This document shows, in pieces, positions 9,636 to 19,308 of a stretch of 64,000 nucleotides of DNA. Under the pieces are notes generated by a model. That model did no database searches. It worked only from the letters and a program-made list of their open reading frames with translations, and was not told the origin of the DNA. Positions within the stretch are counted from its first letter, which is position 1; each line of letters begins with the position of its first letter. The stretch is taken from the NCBI GenBank assembly GCA_029251005.1, contig JAQXEE010000115.1, forward strand, positions 11,743 to 75,742, read 5' to 3'. Position numbers and translations under genes: made by a program. Source of the DNA: Flavobacteriales bacterium. Its GTDB lineage: Bacteria; Bacteroidota; Bacteroidia; Flavobacteriales_C; GCA-002722245.

Positions 9636-10144
9636 TGCTAATTTGGATTCTCATTTCAATTATAGTGTTGTACTTTCTTATCGGATTATTACTTCCAGCA
9701 ACAACAACAATTTCAAGTTCCATTGAAGCAAGTAGTAAATATAATGTAGTTTTTAAAACGATTAAAGATTTTAAAAACTGGGAACAGTGGGCTATTTGGA
9801 ATAAGGATGAAACATTAAATATTATGCTTTCAGACACCACAAATAAAATTGGTTCTCGCTATCGATGGAGAAGTAAAATAAAAGAACTTAAAGATGGATT
9901 AATTGTTCTAAAAGAAGCTGAAGAAGGATCTAAATTACTTTATCATTTTTATTATGGTAAACAAAAACGCGGTCACATACTGTTTAATATAGAAGACACC
10001 ACAAGTAATTCATTAACAACTTGTTCTATTACAATTAATAATAAAAAGAAAATATTCGCACGCTATTTCACACTATTCATTAAAAAGTCAATACGTGACA
10101 ATATAGATGAAGTTTTACTGAAAATAGATCAATCTAGTGTTTGA
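9635..10144 (+). CDS. Hypothetical protein with N-terminal TM helix, possibly SRPBCC-like. Starts with GTG overlapping the upstream stop (TAGTG).
   Basis: The 169-aa ORF has an NWEQWAIWNK tryptophan-rich segment. There is no strong family signature. Confidence 0.4.
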   Translation: MLIWILISIIVLYFLIGLLLPATTTISSSIEASSKYNVVFKTIKDFKNWEQWAIWNKDETLNIMLSDTTNKIGSRYRWRSKIKELKDGLIVLKEAEEGSKLLYHFYYGKQKRGHILFNIEDTTSNSLTTCSITINNKKKIFARYFTLFIKKSIRDNIDEVLLKIDQSSV

Positions 10145-10151
10145 AGAGCAT

Positions 10152-10185
10152 AAAAAAACCCGCTTAAAGCGGGTTTTTATTTTTA
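10152..10185. terminator. Bidirectional rho-independent terminator between convergent genes
   Basis: The sequence is aaaaaaacccgctttaagcgggtttttatttt. It forms a GC-rich 6-bp stem extended by A/T pairs, with an A-tract on the 5' side and a T-tract on the 3' side. Confidence 0.6.
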
Positions 10186-10404
10186 GTATTCATCTTCGTT
10201 GAAGAGAAAATCATCTTTTGTTGGAAAATCTGGCCAAATCTCTTCAATCGTCTCATAAGACTCAACCTCCTCCTCAAGTTCCTGCAAATTTTCTGTAACT
10301 TCCAAAGGAGCTCCTGATCTCATCGCGTAATCAATTAACTCATCCTTAGTTGCTGGCCAAGGTGCATCAGTTAAGTAATTTGCTAATTCTAACGTCCAAT
10401 ACAT
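10183..10404 (-). CDS. Small acidic protein, DUF2795-like, conserved in Bacteroidetes
   Basis: The 73-aa ORF has a WPATKDELIDYA block and a very acidic C-terminus. This matches my recollection of the DUF2795 family. Confidence 0.55.
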   Translation of the reverse strand: MYWTLELANYLTDAPWPATKDELIDYAMRSGAPLEVTENLQELEEEVESYETIEEIWPDFPTKDDFLFNEDEY

Positions 10405-10576
10405 ATCTTAATTTTTTAAATTGAAATCCAATTTGTCGCAAAAGTATACTTTTAAATTTAGTGTCAAAATTTTTTTTATAATTAATAAAAAAATAATCAC
10501 AGAAACATCTAATTTAAATGAGACTAGGAATACCACAACACCAGTTTACAAAATAAATCAACGATCATTTCACCCG

Positions 10577-10612
10577 TTTTGTTTTTAACAACTTCAAAAA
10601 TATTTAGTTTTG
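10577..10612 (+). promoter_or_regulatory. Candidate Bacteroidetes sigma-A promoter for mfd: TTTG (-33-like) followed by TAgtTTTG (-7-like) ending 5 nt before the ATG
   Basis: TTTG lies at 10577-10581 and TAGTTTTG at 10605-10612, consistent with the Bacteroidetes TTTG / TAnnTTTG consensus. It implies a near-leaderless transcript. Confidence 0.3.
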
Positions 10613-10616
10613 TACT

Positions 10617-13600
10617 ATGGAGTCAAAAAAATGGTTGAAGCAATTTGAAAAACATCCTGTTTTCCCAATATTGCAAGATGCGTATTCAACCAATGAAAAA
10701 ATAAATATCCAAGGGAATAAAGGATCTCTTTTACAAGTGCTTATTGCAGCATTACAAAACAAAGTGCAGCATAAGCAACTTATTATCGCCGAAGATCAAG
10801 AAGAAGCTGCATATATTTATAATGACCTACAAAATATTTTAGGTGAAACAAAAGCATTGTATTACCCCGCTAGTTCAGTAACTCCATATACAACAAGCAG
10901 AACTCAAAACGCAAATATTGTTCAGCGTGCCGAAGTACTTTCGGAACTAAATAATAATAAAAAGAAAATAATTGTCACTTACCCCGAAGCTCTTCTGGAA
11001 AAAGTAGTAACCAAAAAAGAACTTTCTAAAAACAGTTTAAAAATTCAAGTCAACGATAATCTATCAATGGACTTTTTAATTGAAGTGCTTTTTGAATATG
11101 AATTCACCAGAGAACAGTTTGTGGTTGAACCAGGGCAGTTCGCAGTTAGAGGAGGATTAATGGATATATGGTCTTACTCTTACGATAAGCCTTTTAGAGT
11201 TGACTTTTTTGGTGACGATATAGATTCTATAAGATCTTTTGACCCAGCTGATCAATTATCAATCAGTAGTTATCAAAATATCAATATCGTACCCAATGTT
11301 CAGCAAAGACTTTTAAAAGAAGATCAAACTTCTTTTTTAGAATTTTTAGGATTAACATCAACCGTTTGGATTAAGGATGTTCAATTCACCTTAGATCGTG
11401 TTGATAAGCATTATCAAAAAGCAGTTGACGCATGGAGTAAAATGGAAGACAGTACTATTCAGTTCCCTCCCAATGAACTGTTCAGTAATAAGAATAAACT
11501 TGAAAAATCACTAAATCAAGTAAAAGTTATAGAATACGGAGGAAATAACTTTTATAAAGATTCCGAAGGTATCAAACTTGATTCTTATCCTCAGCCAAAC
11601 TTTAATAAGAACTTTAAACTTCTTATTGAAGATATTAAAGCGCATCAAAAAAACGGATATGAAGTATCCATAATAAGCGAAAACGCCAAACAAATTGAGC
11701 GGATTCATAATATTTTAGAAGACTACGAAGTAAATGGTGAATCTATTGGAAAAGATCTTAATTTCCAACCTCAATACTTTACACTACACGAAGGTTTTAT
11801 TTGTAATCAAACTAAAATTGTTTGCTATACAGATCATCAAATATTTGATAAATACCACCGATTTAGAGTTAAAGACGAATTAAGAAAAAGTAATGAATCT
11901 TTAACAATTAAAGAGCTTACAGGACTGCAAAAAGGTGATTTTGTAACACATATCGATTACGGTATTGGTGTTTTTGATGGCTTAGAAATCATCGAACAAG
12001 GCGGTAACAAAACAGAATCCATTCGATTATTATATAAAGATCGAGATGTATTATACGTAGGCATTCAATCCCTACATAGAATTGCTAAATATTCAGGAAA
12101 AGAAGGGAAAGAGCCTAAATTAAACAAACTTGGAACAACCACTTGGAAAGCCAAAAAAGCAAGCACTAAGAAGAATGTCAAAAAAGTAGCTTATGATTTA
12201 ATCAAATTATACGCGAAAAGAAAAGCAACTGAAGGACATCCATTTGCAATAGATTCATATTTACAAACAGAACTGGAAGCGTCTTTTATGTTTGAAGATA
12301 CTCCTGATCAATTTTCATCTACAGCGGATATAAAAGTTGATATGGAAAGACCATTCCCCATGGATCGTTTAATTTGTGGAGATGTTGGATTTGGAAAAAC
12401 GGAAATTGCTATTCGTGCAGCTTTTAAAGCGGCTGTAGATGGTAAGCAAGTTGCTATTTTAGTTCCGACTACAATCCTGGCTTTCCAACATTTTAGAACG
12501 TTCTCTAAACGATTAAAAGACTTCCCTGTTACTGTGGATTATATTAATCGATTTAGAAATCCTAAAGAGCAAAAAGAAACGCTTAAAAATTTAGCAGATG
12601 GGAAAATTGATATTATTATCGGAACACACAGACTTGCTGGAAAAGACATAAAATATAACGACTTAGGATTACTAATTATTGATGAGGAACAAAAGTTTGG
12701 AGTATCTGTTAAAGACAAACTAAAAACATTAAAAACAAATTTAGACACACTTACTTTAACGGCTACCCCAATTCCTCGCACGCTTCAGTTTTCGTTACTG
12801 GGCGCAAGAGATTTAAGCGTGATAAACACCCCTCCTCCTAATCGGTATCCCGTTGAAACTAGCGTTACCGGATTTAATGAAGAAACAATTCGAGACGCTA
12901 TATCTTATGAGTTAGCTAGAGGTGGTCAGATTTACTTTATTCACAATAGGGTTGAAAACATTAAAGATGTTGCCGGAACATTGCAACGATTAATTCCAAA
13001 CGCAAAAATTGGAATTGGCCACGGACAAATGGAAGGGAAAAAACTGGAGGGCGTCATGATGGATTTCATGAATGGTGACTTTGACATTTTAGTTGCTACA
13101 ACAATTATCGAATCTGGTTTGGACATTCCCAATGCCAACACAATCATGATCAATCAAGCACAAAATTTTGGATTAAGTGATCTTCACCAAATGAGAGGAA
13201 GAGTTGGCCGATCAAACAAAAAAGCATTTTGTTATCTACTAGCTCCACCACTAAGTACTTTAACAACTGAGGCGCGTAAAAGATTAAGAGCAATAGAAGA
13301 ATTTAGCGATTTAGGAAGTGGGTTTAACATCGCAATGCGAGATTTAGATATTCGTGGTGCTGGAGATATGTTAGGTGCTGAACAAAGTGGATTTATATCT
13401 GACATTGGTTACGATACCTATCAAAAAATACTTGATGAAGCGATTCAGGAATTAAAAGAAGGGGAATTCAAGGATCTTTACGCTGAAGAACTCAAAGAAG
13501 AAAACAGAGTGTTTGTTAAAGATTGTGTGATTGAAACCGATATGGAAATCTTAATTCCAACAAATTATGTTAATGCAGTTGATGAACGTTTAAGGTTATA

Positions 13601-13973
13601 TAAAAGACTGAATGACATTAACACTGAGAAAGACCTTATTACTTTCGTTAAAAACCTAGTTGATCGATTTGGAGAATTGCCACATCAAACAGAGGAGCTT
13701 GTTGCAACAATGCGTTTAAAATGGCTTGCCCAAAACATCGGATTGGAAAAATTATACATGAAAAACAGTAAGCTTCGTGGTTACTTCATATCCAATGCCA
13801 ACAGTGATTACTACCAAACAGAAAAATTTGGGAAAATATTAATGTATGTCCAACAAAATGGTAAAACTTGTAAAATGAAAGAAATCAAGGGGAGGTTGGC
13901 ACTTACTTTCGAAAAAGTTAGATCAATAGAATGGGCTTATGATATTTTAGAGAAATTGAATAAAGTAATATAA
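10617..13973 (+). CDS. mfd: Transcription-repair coupling factor Mfd
   Basis: The 1118-aa ORF has a DEAD-box helicase core (GDVGFGKTE Walker A, DEEQ), a TRG motif region, and a UvrB-homology N-terminal region. Confidence 0.95.
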   Translation: MESKKWLKQFEKHPVFPILQDAYSTNEKINIQGNKGSLLQVLIAALQNKVQHKQLIIAEDQEEAAYIYNDLQNILGETKALYYPASSVTPYTTSRTQNANIVQRAEVLSELNNNKKKIIVTYPEALLEKVVTKKELSKNSLKIQVNDNLSMDFLIEVLFEYEFTREQFVVEPGQFAVRGGLMDIWSYSYDKPFRVDFFGDDIDSIRSFDPADQLSISSYQNINIVPNVQQRLLKEDQTSFLEFLGLTSTVWIKDVQFTLDRVDKHYQKAVDAWSKMEDSTIQFPPNELFSNKNKLEKSLNQVKVIEYGGNNFYKDSEGIKLDSYPQPNFNKNFKLLIEDIKAHQKNGYEVSIISENAKQIERIHNILEDYEVNGESIGKDLNFQPQYFTLHEGFICNQTKIVCYTDHQIFDKYHRFRVKDELRKSNESLTIKELTGLQKGDFVTHIDYGIGVFDGLEIIEQGGNKTESIRLLYKDRDVLYVGIQSLHRIAKYSGKEGKEPKLNKLGTTTWKAKKASTKKNVKKVAYDLIKLYAKRKATEGHPFAIDSYLQTELEASFMFEDTPDQFSSTADIKVDMERPFPMDRLICGDVGFGKTEIAIRAAFKAAVDGKQVAILVPTTILAFQHFRTFSKRLKDFPVTVDYINRFRNPKEQKETLKNLADGKIDIIIGTHRLAGKDIKYNDLGLLIIDEEQKFGVSVKDKLKTLKTNLDTLTLTATPIPRTLQFSLLGARDLSVINTPPPNRYPVETSVTGFNEETIRDAISYELARGGQIYFIHNRVENIKDVAGTLQRLIPNAKIGIGHGQMEGKKLEGVMMDFMNGDFDILVATTIIESGLDIPNANTIMINQAQNFGLSDLHQMRGRVGRSNKKAFCYLLAPPLSTLTTEARKRLRAIEEFSDLGSGFNIAMRDLDIRGAGDMLGAEQSGFISDIGYDTYQKILDEAIQELKEGEFKDLYAEELKEENRVFVKDCVIETDMEILIPTNYVNAVDERLRLYKRLNDINTEKDLITFVKNLVDRFGELPHQTEELVATMRLKWLAQNIGLEKLYMKNSKLRGYFISNANSDYYQTEKFGKILMYVQQNGKTCKMKEIKGRLALTFEKVRSIEWAYDILEKLNKVI

Positions 13974-14071
13974 ATACAAGTTATTCTGACCTTTTAAAGG
14001 TTGATTCCTTCTAAATAAGTACCATGTAAAACAACTTGGTTTTGTTATTTGGGAATATCTTTGTTATCTTC

Positions 14072-14088
14072 TGACAAATAACTTGTCA
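14072..14088. promoter_or_regulatory. Perfect inverted repeat TGACAA-ATAAC-TTGTCA abutting the start codon of the XRE/S24 repressor gene; candidate autoregulatory operator
   Basis: The palindrome tgacaaataacttgtca is read directly from the sequence and ends 1 nt before the ATG at 14089. Confidence 0.4.
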
Positions 14089-14823
14089 ATGAGCTACTTC
14101 GGAACCAACCTTAAAATATTAAGAAAAAGGCGCGCTAGGTCACAAGCTGATCTTTCACAATCTTTAAAATTAACACGTTCTTCATTAAGTGCATATGAAG
14201 TTGGGACAGCTGAACCTAACTACGACACCTTAATGCGTATTTCAAAATATTTCAAAGTTCCAATTGATGTTTTTTTGAAAGACGACTTACATGAATTTTC
14301 AGAATTAAGATTAACCAACTTAGAAAACGGATTTGATGTAGATGTAAGTGGAAAAAAGCTCCGAGTACTTACCACAACCGTAAATCAAGATAATGAGGAA
14401 CACATCGAGTTAGTACCAATGGCTGCTCAAGCGGGTTATACTCAAGGTCTTTACGACCCTGAATACATTAAAGTATTACCAACGTTTCAACTGCCATTCC
14501 TTTCAAAGGATCGTAAATACAGAACATTCCCTATTTCAGGAGATTCAATGCCACCAATTTCTCACGGGAGTTTTGTTACTGGGGAATTCATCCAAAATTG
14601 GAACTACGTAAAAGATGGCTATCCATATATCATTGTAACTAAAGAAGACGGAATCGTATTTAAAATAGTTTACAACAAAATAAAAAGGAATAAAACCTTC
14701 TTGCTTTGTTCAACGAATACTGCTTTTAAGCCTTATGAAGTTAAAGTTGATGATATTTTAGAGATCTGGAAGTTCACTAATTACATTAATTCTGATGCTC
14801 CAGAGTTTAAATTACAAGATTAG
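14089..14823 (+). CDS. LexA-like repressor: N-terminal HTH (XRE family) fused to a peptidase S24 self-cleaving domain. The ORF opens at the TTG at 14083; the ATG at 14089 is likely.
   Basis: The N-terminal HTH is LRKRRARSQADLSQSLKLTRSSLSAYEVG. The S24 catalytic Ser context is ISGDSMPP, with a C-terminal Lys-containing beta region. Confidence 0.8.
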   Translation: MSYFGTNLKILRKRRARSQADLSQSLKLTRSSLSAYEVGTAEPNYDTLMRISKYFKVPIDVFLKDDLHEFSELRLTNLENGFDVDVSGKKLRVLTTTVNQDNEEHIELVPMAAQAGYTQGLYDPEYIKVLPTFQLPFLSKDRKYRTFPISGDSMPPISHGSFVTGEFIQNWNYVKDGYPYIIVTKEDGIVFKIVYNKIKRNKTFLLCSTNTAFKPYEVKVDDILEIWKFTNYINSDAPEFKLQD

Positions 14824-15917
14824 AATATCTTATAAAAGTTTTTAATGGAAAGGTAAGCTAGTAATTGAACAACCAACATACTGACAATAAAAAATTCTAA
14901 TTCACTTATACTCCATAAATAAAAAGCAATAATAGTAAGCTGAATTAGCCCAAAAAGCAACCAGCTTAAGCAAACTACCGAAAGATAAAAAGCTGGATCC
15001 TTAATCCTTAAAACCAATAGTTTTGTTATTAAAATTGTTGGTGAAAAAAGAATAAACCCTGGCACCGATATCAGGAATGAAAAAATCTTTGCTAAAAAAG
15101 AACGCGATCTGTTATACTTATATTTATCGCGTTCCCAATTATACCCATCTATATTTAAACCTTTTTCTTGTGGAATAGATTTTACAGCAGCAATAATTTC
15201 CATGTCATTTCTAGACTGAAGAATTATGCCTTTCCAATACATTCTCTTAAACCTTGTATAATCTCCTGATATGTGAATTAAATTTGCACGTAACTCCTTC
15301 TGAAGTCGCTTAAGAAACACTGACTGAGCACGTGACTTAGAGTCGTTAAACACATTTCTATATTCGGATATTAATATTGGTCTCAAAAAATTAACAAACA
15401 CCTTTTTCCCAGCTATGAAATGGTTTTCATAATTTATAGCTACTGGAACAACATGTAATTTTAATTTAAAATCGTTTTGCTCTTCAGCTTCAAAGGCCAA
15501 ACGTGCTACACCTTTTTTCAAATTAAAGCAATGATGAATTGGCTCACTAACTCCCTCAGGAAAAATCAACACAGCACCACTTTTCTCTAACTTATCAATG
15601 CAGTACTGGAATGTTTTCCGATTGTTTTCTTTTATATCTCCCGTTCTATCTTGTTGCCGAAAAATTGGGATTAAATTTAAAACATCCAAAACTTTAACCA
15701 TTAATTTACCTTTAAACACATCAGAGCGTGTTAAGAAGTATATTGGACGATTTAGTTTCAATGCAACCAAAATACCATCCAAAAATGCATTTTGATGATT
15801 AACAGCAAAAATAACTGGCTTATCCTTCGGGACGTTCCTCAACCCCCTAAACTCCAACTTTTTAAAGAAAATTGGAAGATATAATCTTAATATGTATTGA
15901 ATTAACTTATAAACCAT
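14820..15917 (-). CDS. Lysophospholipid (1-acyl-sn-glycerol-3-phosphate) acyltransferase family protein with extra C-terminal membrane domain
   Basis: The 365-aa ORF has an HxxxxD acyltransferase motif (VNHQNAFLDG), a PEG motif (FPEGVSE), and three predicted C-terminal TM helices. Confidence 0.75.
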   Translation of the reverse strand: MVYKLIQYILRLYLPIFFKKLEFRGLRNVPKDKPVIFAVNHQNAFLDGILVALKLNRPIYFLTRSDVFKGKLMVKVLDVLNLIPIFRQQDRTGDIKENNRKTFQYCIDKLEKSGAVLIFPEGVSEPIHHCFNLKKGVARLAFEAEEQNDFKLKLHVVPVAINYENHFIAGKKVFVNFLRPILISEYRNVFNDSKSRAQSVFLKRLQKELRANLIHISGDYTRFKRMYWKGIILQSRNDMEIIAAVKSIPQEKGLNIDGYNWERDKYKYNRSRSFLAKIFSFLISVPGFILFSPTILITKLLVLRIKDPAFYLSVVCLSWLLFGLIQLTIIAFYLWSISELEFFIVSMLVVQLLAYLSIKNFYKIF

Positions 15918-15987
15918 TCGATAAAATCATAGCTACAAAGTAATTACTTTTTTACATTTGTTTAACCAACATTTTAACTTTTCTACT

Positions 15988-17037
15988 ATGTTTCACTCAT
16001 TAACAATTAAAAATATCCAAAAAGAAACTCCTGAAGCTGTTTCTATCGAGTTTGAAGTTCCATCTTCTTTAAAAGAAGATTTTCAATTTCTTTCGGGACA
16101 ATTTTTAACTTTAAAAGCTGAAATTAGTGGTAATGAAGTAAGAAGGTCTTATTCTATTTGCTCCTCACCAAAATCAGGCGTTTTAAAAGTAGTTGTTAAA
16201 CAAGTAGAAAATGGAGTTTTCTCTACATACGCTAACAGTGCTCTAAAAAACAATGACACAATAGAAGTTGGTGTTCCAACTGGTGGATTCGTTGTTAATA
16301 CGAAAGCTGACAATAACAAAAATTACACTTTAATTGCAGCCGGTAGTGGAATCACACCTGTTATATCTATTGCCAAAACGATTTTAGAGAACGAACCTAA
16401 TAGTTCTGTGAACTTATTTTATGGTAATAAAACAGCCAAACAAACAATATTTAAAACTGAATTAGAAGAATTAAGTAAAGAATACAATAACCGTTTAAAT
16501 TTTCACTTATTATTTAGTGCTGAAAAAGGTGATTCTAGATTTCATTCAGGAAGAATTGAAGGAAGGAGAATTAAAAAAATATTCAAAGAATTTGCGCCCA
16601 TTTCAAACACGAATGAAGTATTTATTTGCGGGCCACAGGAAATGACTGAAGCCATTAGAGATTTCTTAATTAAAAAACATAAGTATCCTGTAAGCCAAAT
16701 TCATTTTGAACTTTTTACAACCACATTAAAAAAAACCAAATCGAATTCAAAGTCAAATAAGTCAAGTTTAGTTACTGCAACGATTGATGGAGATACATTC
16801 GAATTTACTGTTAAACCAGGAGAAACGATTTTAGACGCTGGAACTAAAAACGGTGTAGATATTCCATTTTCTTGTCAAGGTGGTGTTTGTGGAGCTTGTA
16901 AGTGCATAAAAGGCGAAGGAGAGCTTCAGATGGACAACAATATTGTGTTGTCAGATGATGAAGTAGCAAGCGGACAATACTTAGCATGTCAATCTAAAGT
17001 GAAATCTGAATCTGTCAAAATTAGTTTCGATTTTTGA
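15988..17037 (+). CDS. PaaE-like ferredoxin-NADP reductase (FAD/NAD-binding domain plus C-terminal plant-type 2Fe-2S ferredoxin). The ORF opens at 15958.
   Basis: The N-terminus FHSLTIKNIQKETPEAVSIEF...RRSYSIC closely parallels the E. coli PaaE N-terminus. The C-terminal CQGGVCGACKC is a 2Fe-2S motif. Confidence 0.75.
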   Translation: MFHSLTIKNIQKETPEAVSIEFEVPSSLKEDFQFLSGQFLTLKAEISGNEVRRSYSICSSPKSGVLKVVVKQVENGVFSTYANSALKNNDTIEVGVPTGGFVVNTKADNNKNYTLIAAGSGITPVISIAKTILENEPNSSVNLFYGNKTAKQTIFKTELEELSKEYNNRLNFHLLFSAEKGDSRFHSGRIEGRRIKKIFKEFAPISNTNEVFICGPQEMTEAIRDFLIKKHKYPVSQIHFELFTTTLKKTKSNSKSNKSSLVTATIDGDTFEFTVKPGETILDAGTKNGVDIPFSCQGGVCGACKCIKGEGELQMDNNIVLSDDEVASGQYLACQSKVKSESVKISFDF

Positions 17038-17603
17038 TAGCCAAATAACATAGGCTCAGCTCGAATTTAAAAGAATAAAATTAAGCTGCAGATTCATTTT
17101 GAGGAAAAAACATAATTAGTTTAATAATTAAGTAAACTATTTTCCGATACACATTAAACCACAAAAAATTGTTTAAAGTTTCAAGAGCTCTGCATCACAA
17201 ATGGAATTAATCATAAATAGATTATTGGCTTAATTAAAAATCCCACAACCATTATACTTGTAGTTAATAAATATTTACCACACGCTAATTAAAAGGGTAA
17301 AAACAAACATCAATCTTTCTTAAACTAATACTTCAAATTAGTTTAACCTTCACTTGGAGAGCTATCGTTGACCTCTAAAGACAAAAACTATTCTTTTATC
17401 AAGAATGAAGCTACTCTACAACTAAAAATACCCCATTAGAAAACGGAGAAAAAACTTATTAAATACCAAATAAATCATATTTCGTTTTAAAAAAGTCGCA
17501 AAAAAAAAATATTTTTTTTGTAACCCTTTATTTCTGTTGTATTACATAACTGAAGTCGCGGCAAAATGGATTTGTTTCGACAATAATTTAAAAATCAGTA
17601 GAT

Positions 17604-19211
17604 ATGTCAGCAGAAAAACTCAGTCCACGTCAACAAATGATTGGTATTATGTACCTAGTATTACTCGCAATGCTTGCCATGAATGCCTCAAAAGACTTAT
17701 TAAACGCGTTCATATTTTTGGAGGATGGTATTGATGTTACGACCAAAAATTTCAACAATACAAATCAAACAATTTATACTAAAATTTCCAACGCTTCAGC
17801 AACTGGTTCTAGACTCGCAGTACAAACCGATAAAAATGCGGTCGAAATAGGAAAGTCATCGAATAAACTTTTTAATGAGATTGAAAAATTTAAAGATGAC
17901 ATAATCGAAATCGGTGGTGGGTTGGATGAAGAAACAAATCTTCCCTTAGGAAAAGACAACCAAGATGTTGGTGCTGAATATCTTGTCGTGAAAGGACATG
18001 GTAAAGCTTTAAAGCAAAAAATAGGCGACTATAAAATTTTACTTACCAACCTTATTGACAAAAGAGATACAGGAGTAATTAATGGAATTAATAAATTGCT
18101 TAAAACTCCTGAACATATTGATTATGAAGGTGTAAAGTCGCCATGGGAAAATGGTATTAGTGAATACTTACCGTTAGCTGCTGTTACTGCAAACTTAACA
18201 AATATTCAAAGTTATATTCGTAATGCTGAGTCCCAAGTACTAAGTTATTTGTTCGAACAGATTAATCAAGATTCTTATAAAGTAAATAAGATAATGGCGA
18301 CTTCCATTGCCGAAAATGGATATGTTTTACAAGGTGATCAATACAGTGCTAATATTTTCTTAGCTGCTGCAGATACTACTCAAGAGCCTATTGTTATTAT
18401 TGGAGATTTTGACACTGCATACTACAACAATACAGGTCAAATAAAATTTACAGGACCTACTGATAGTCTTCCTGTAGATGCAGGAATAGGAAAATTAAGA
18501 TTAGATGCCAATACAACCGGAAACCATACTTGGGGTGGAATTATGAAAGTGCCACACCCCAACCCTAAGCGAAAAGGTGAATACCTCATCTACCCTTTTG
18601 TAAACAATTATACAGTTGCTGCTCCAAGTGCTGTAATTTCCTCAGATCAATTGAATATTATGTATATGGGGTTAGATAATGAAATTAGTATTTCTGCTCC
18701 AGGAATGAAATCAGAAGATTTAATTGTAACAGCTAGTAACAGTTGTAGAGTAACATCGAGAGGAAATGGAAAGTATTATTTCAGACCATCGAAAGGGGGA
18801 AGAATCAACATCATAGTTTCAACAAAGATGAATGGTGTAACAAAAGTTATTTCTCAACAAACGTGGAAAGGAACTTCACTTCCTAAACCATATATTGATA
18901 TACCTGGTGTTAGGGGCGGTAAATCTCCGGCTACCACTTTAGCTCAAATTTTAAAAGCGGTCGGAGCAAGACCAAAATATCCTAAGTCATTCCCAATGTC
19001 AGCAACTCCTAAAACTGAAAAAATTGAATTAGAGTATATCAACTCCGGAAATATATTCACTCCTCCAATTGCTAAAAACGGAAAAGTATCAAGGTCGGTA
19101 GTCAATCAACTAAAAAGATTACCTAGAGGAAGTAGTGTAAATGTGACCATCAAAGCAAAGGGTCCGGATGGAATCTCTCATACTATTAACACTTCTGTTA
19201 TTATTCGATAA
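17604..19211 (+). CDS. GldM/PorM-family protein (gliding motility / T9SS motor component family), stand-alone copy
   Basis: The N-terminus MSAEKLSPRQQMIGIMYLVLLAMLAMNASKDLLNAF matches the conserved GldM N-terminus (KLSPRQKMINLMYLV...ALN). The protein is a 535-aa bitopic membrane protein. No gldL or gldK is adjacent. Confidence 0.65.
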   Translation: MSAEKLSPRQQMIGIMYLVLLAMLAMNASKDLLNAFIFLEDGIDVTTKNFNNTNQTIYTKISNASATGSRLAVQTDKNAVEIGKSSNKLFNEIEKFKDDIIEIGGGLDEETNLPLGKDNQDVGAEYLVVKGHGKALKQKIGDYKILLTNLIDKRDTGVINGINKLLKTPEHIDYEGVKSPWENGISEYLPLAAVTANLTNIQSYIRNAESQVLSYLFEQINQDSYKVNKIMATSIAENGYVLQGDQYSANIFLAAADTTQEPIVIIGDFDTAYYNNTGQIKFTGPTDSLPVDAGIGKLRLDANTTGNHTWGGIMKVPHPNPKRKGEYLIYPFVNNYTVAAPSAVISSDQLNIMYMGLDNEISISAPGMKSEDLIVTASNSCRVTSRGNGKYYFRPSKGGRINIIVSTKMNGVTKVISQQTWKGTSLPKPYIDIPGVRGGKSPATTLAQILKAVGARPKYPKSFPMSATPKTEKIELEYINSGNIFTPPIAKNGKVSRSVVNQLKRLPRGSSVNVTIKAKGPDGISHTINTSVIIR

Positions 19212-19244
19212 TGTCAGGAAATATCTCTTATGAGATATTGAGCT

Positions 19245-19283
19245 AAAAAGAAAGGGAGTTTAATCAGCTCCCTTTTTATTTAA
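19245..19283 (+). terminator. Rho-independent terminator after the gldM-like gene
   Basis: The sequence aagggag-tttaatcag-ctccctt forms a 7-bp stem and is followed by ttttattt. Confidence 0.45.
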
Positions 19284-19308
19284 ACTTTAATTTATCTTTG
19301 CACTCTGT

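Noticed and set aside
17537-17734. 65-aa plus-strand ORF overlapping the start of the GldM-family gene
   Set aside because: It is in a different frame across the highly conserved GldM N-terminus, and the GldM frame is clearly the real one.
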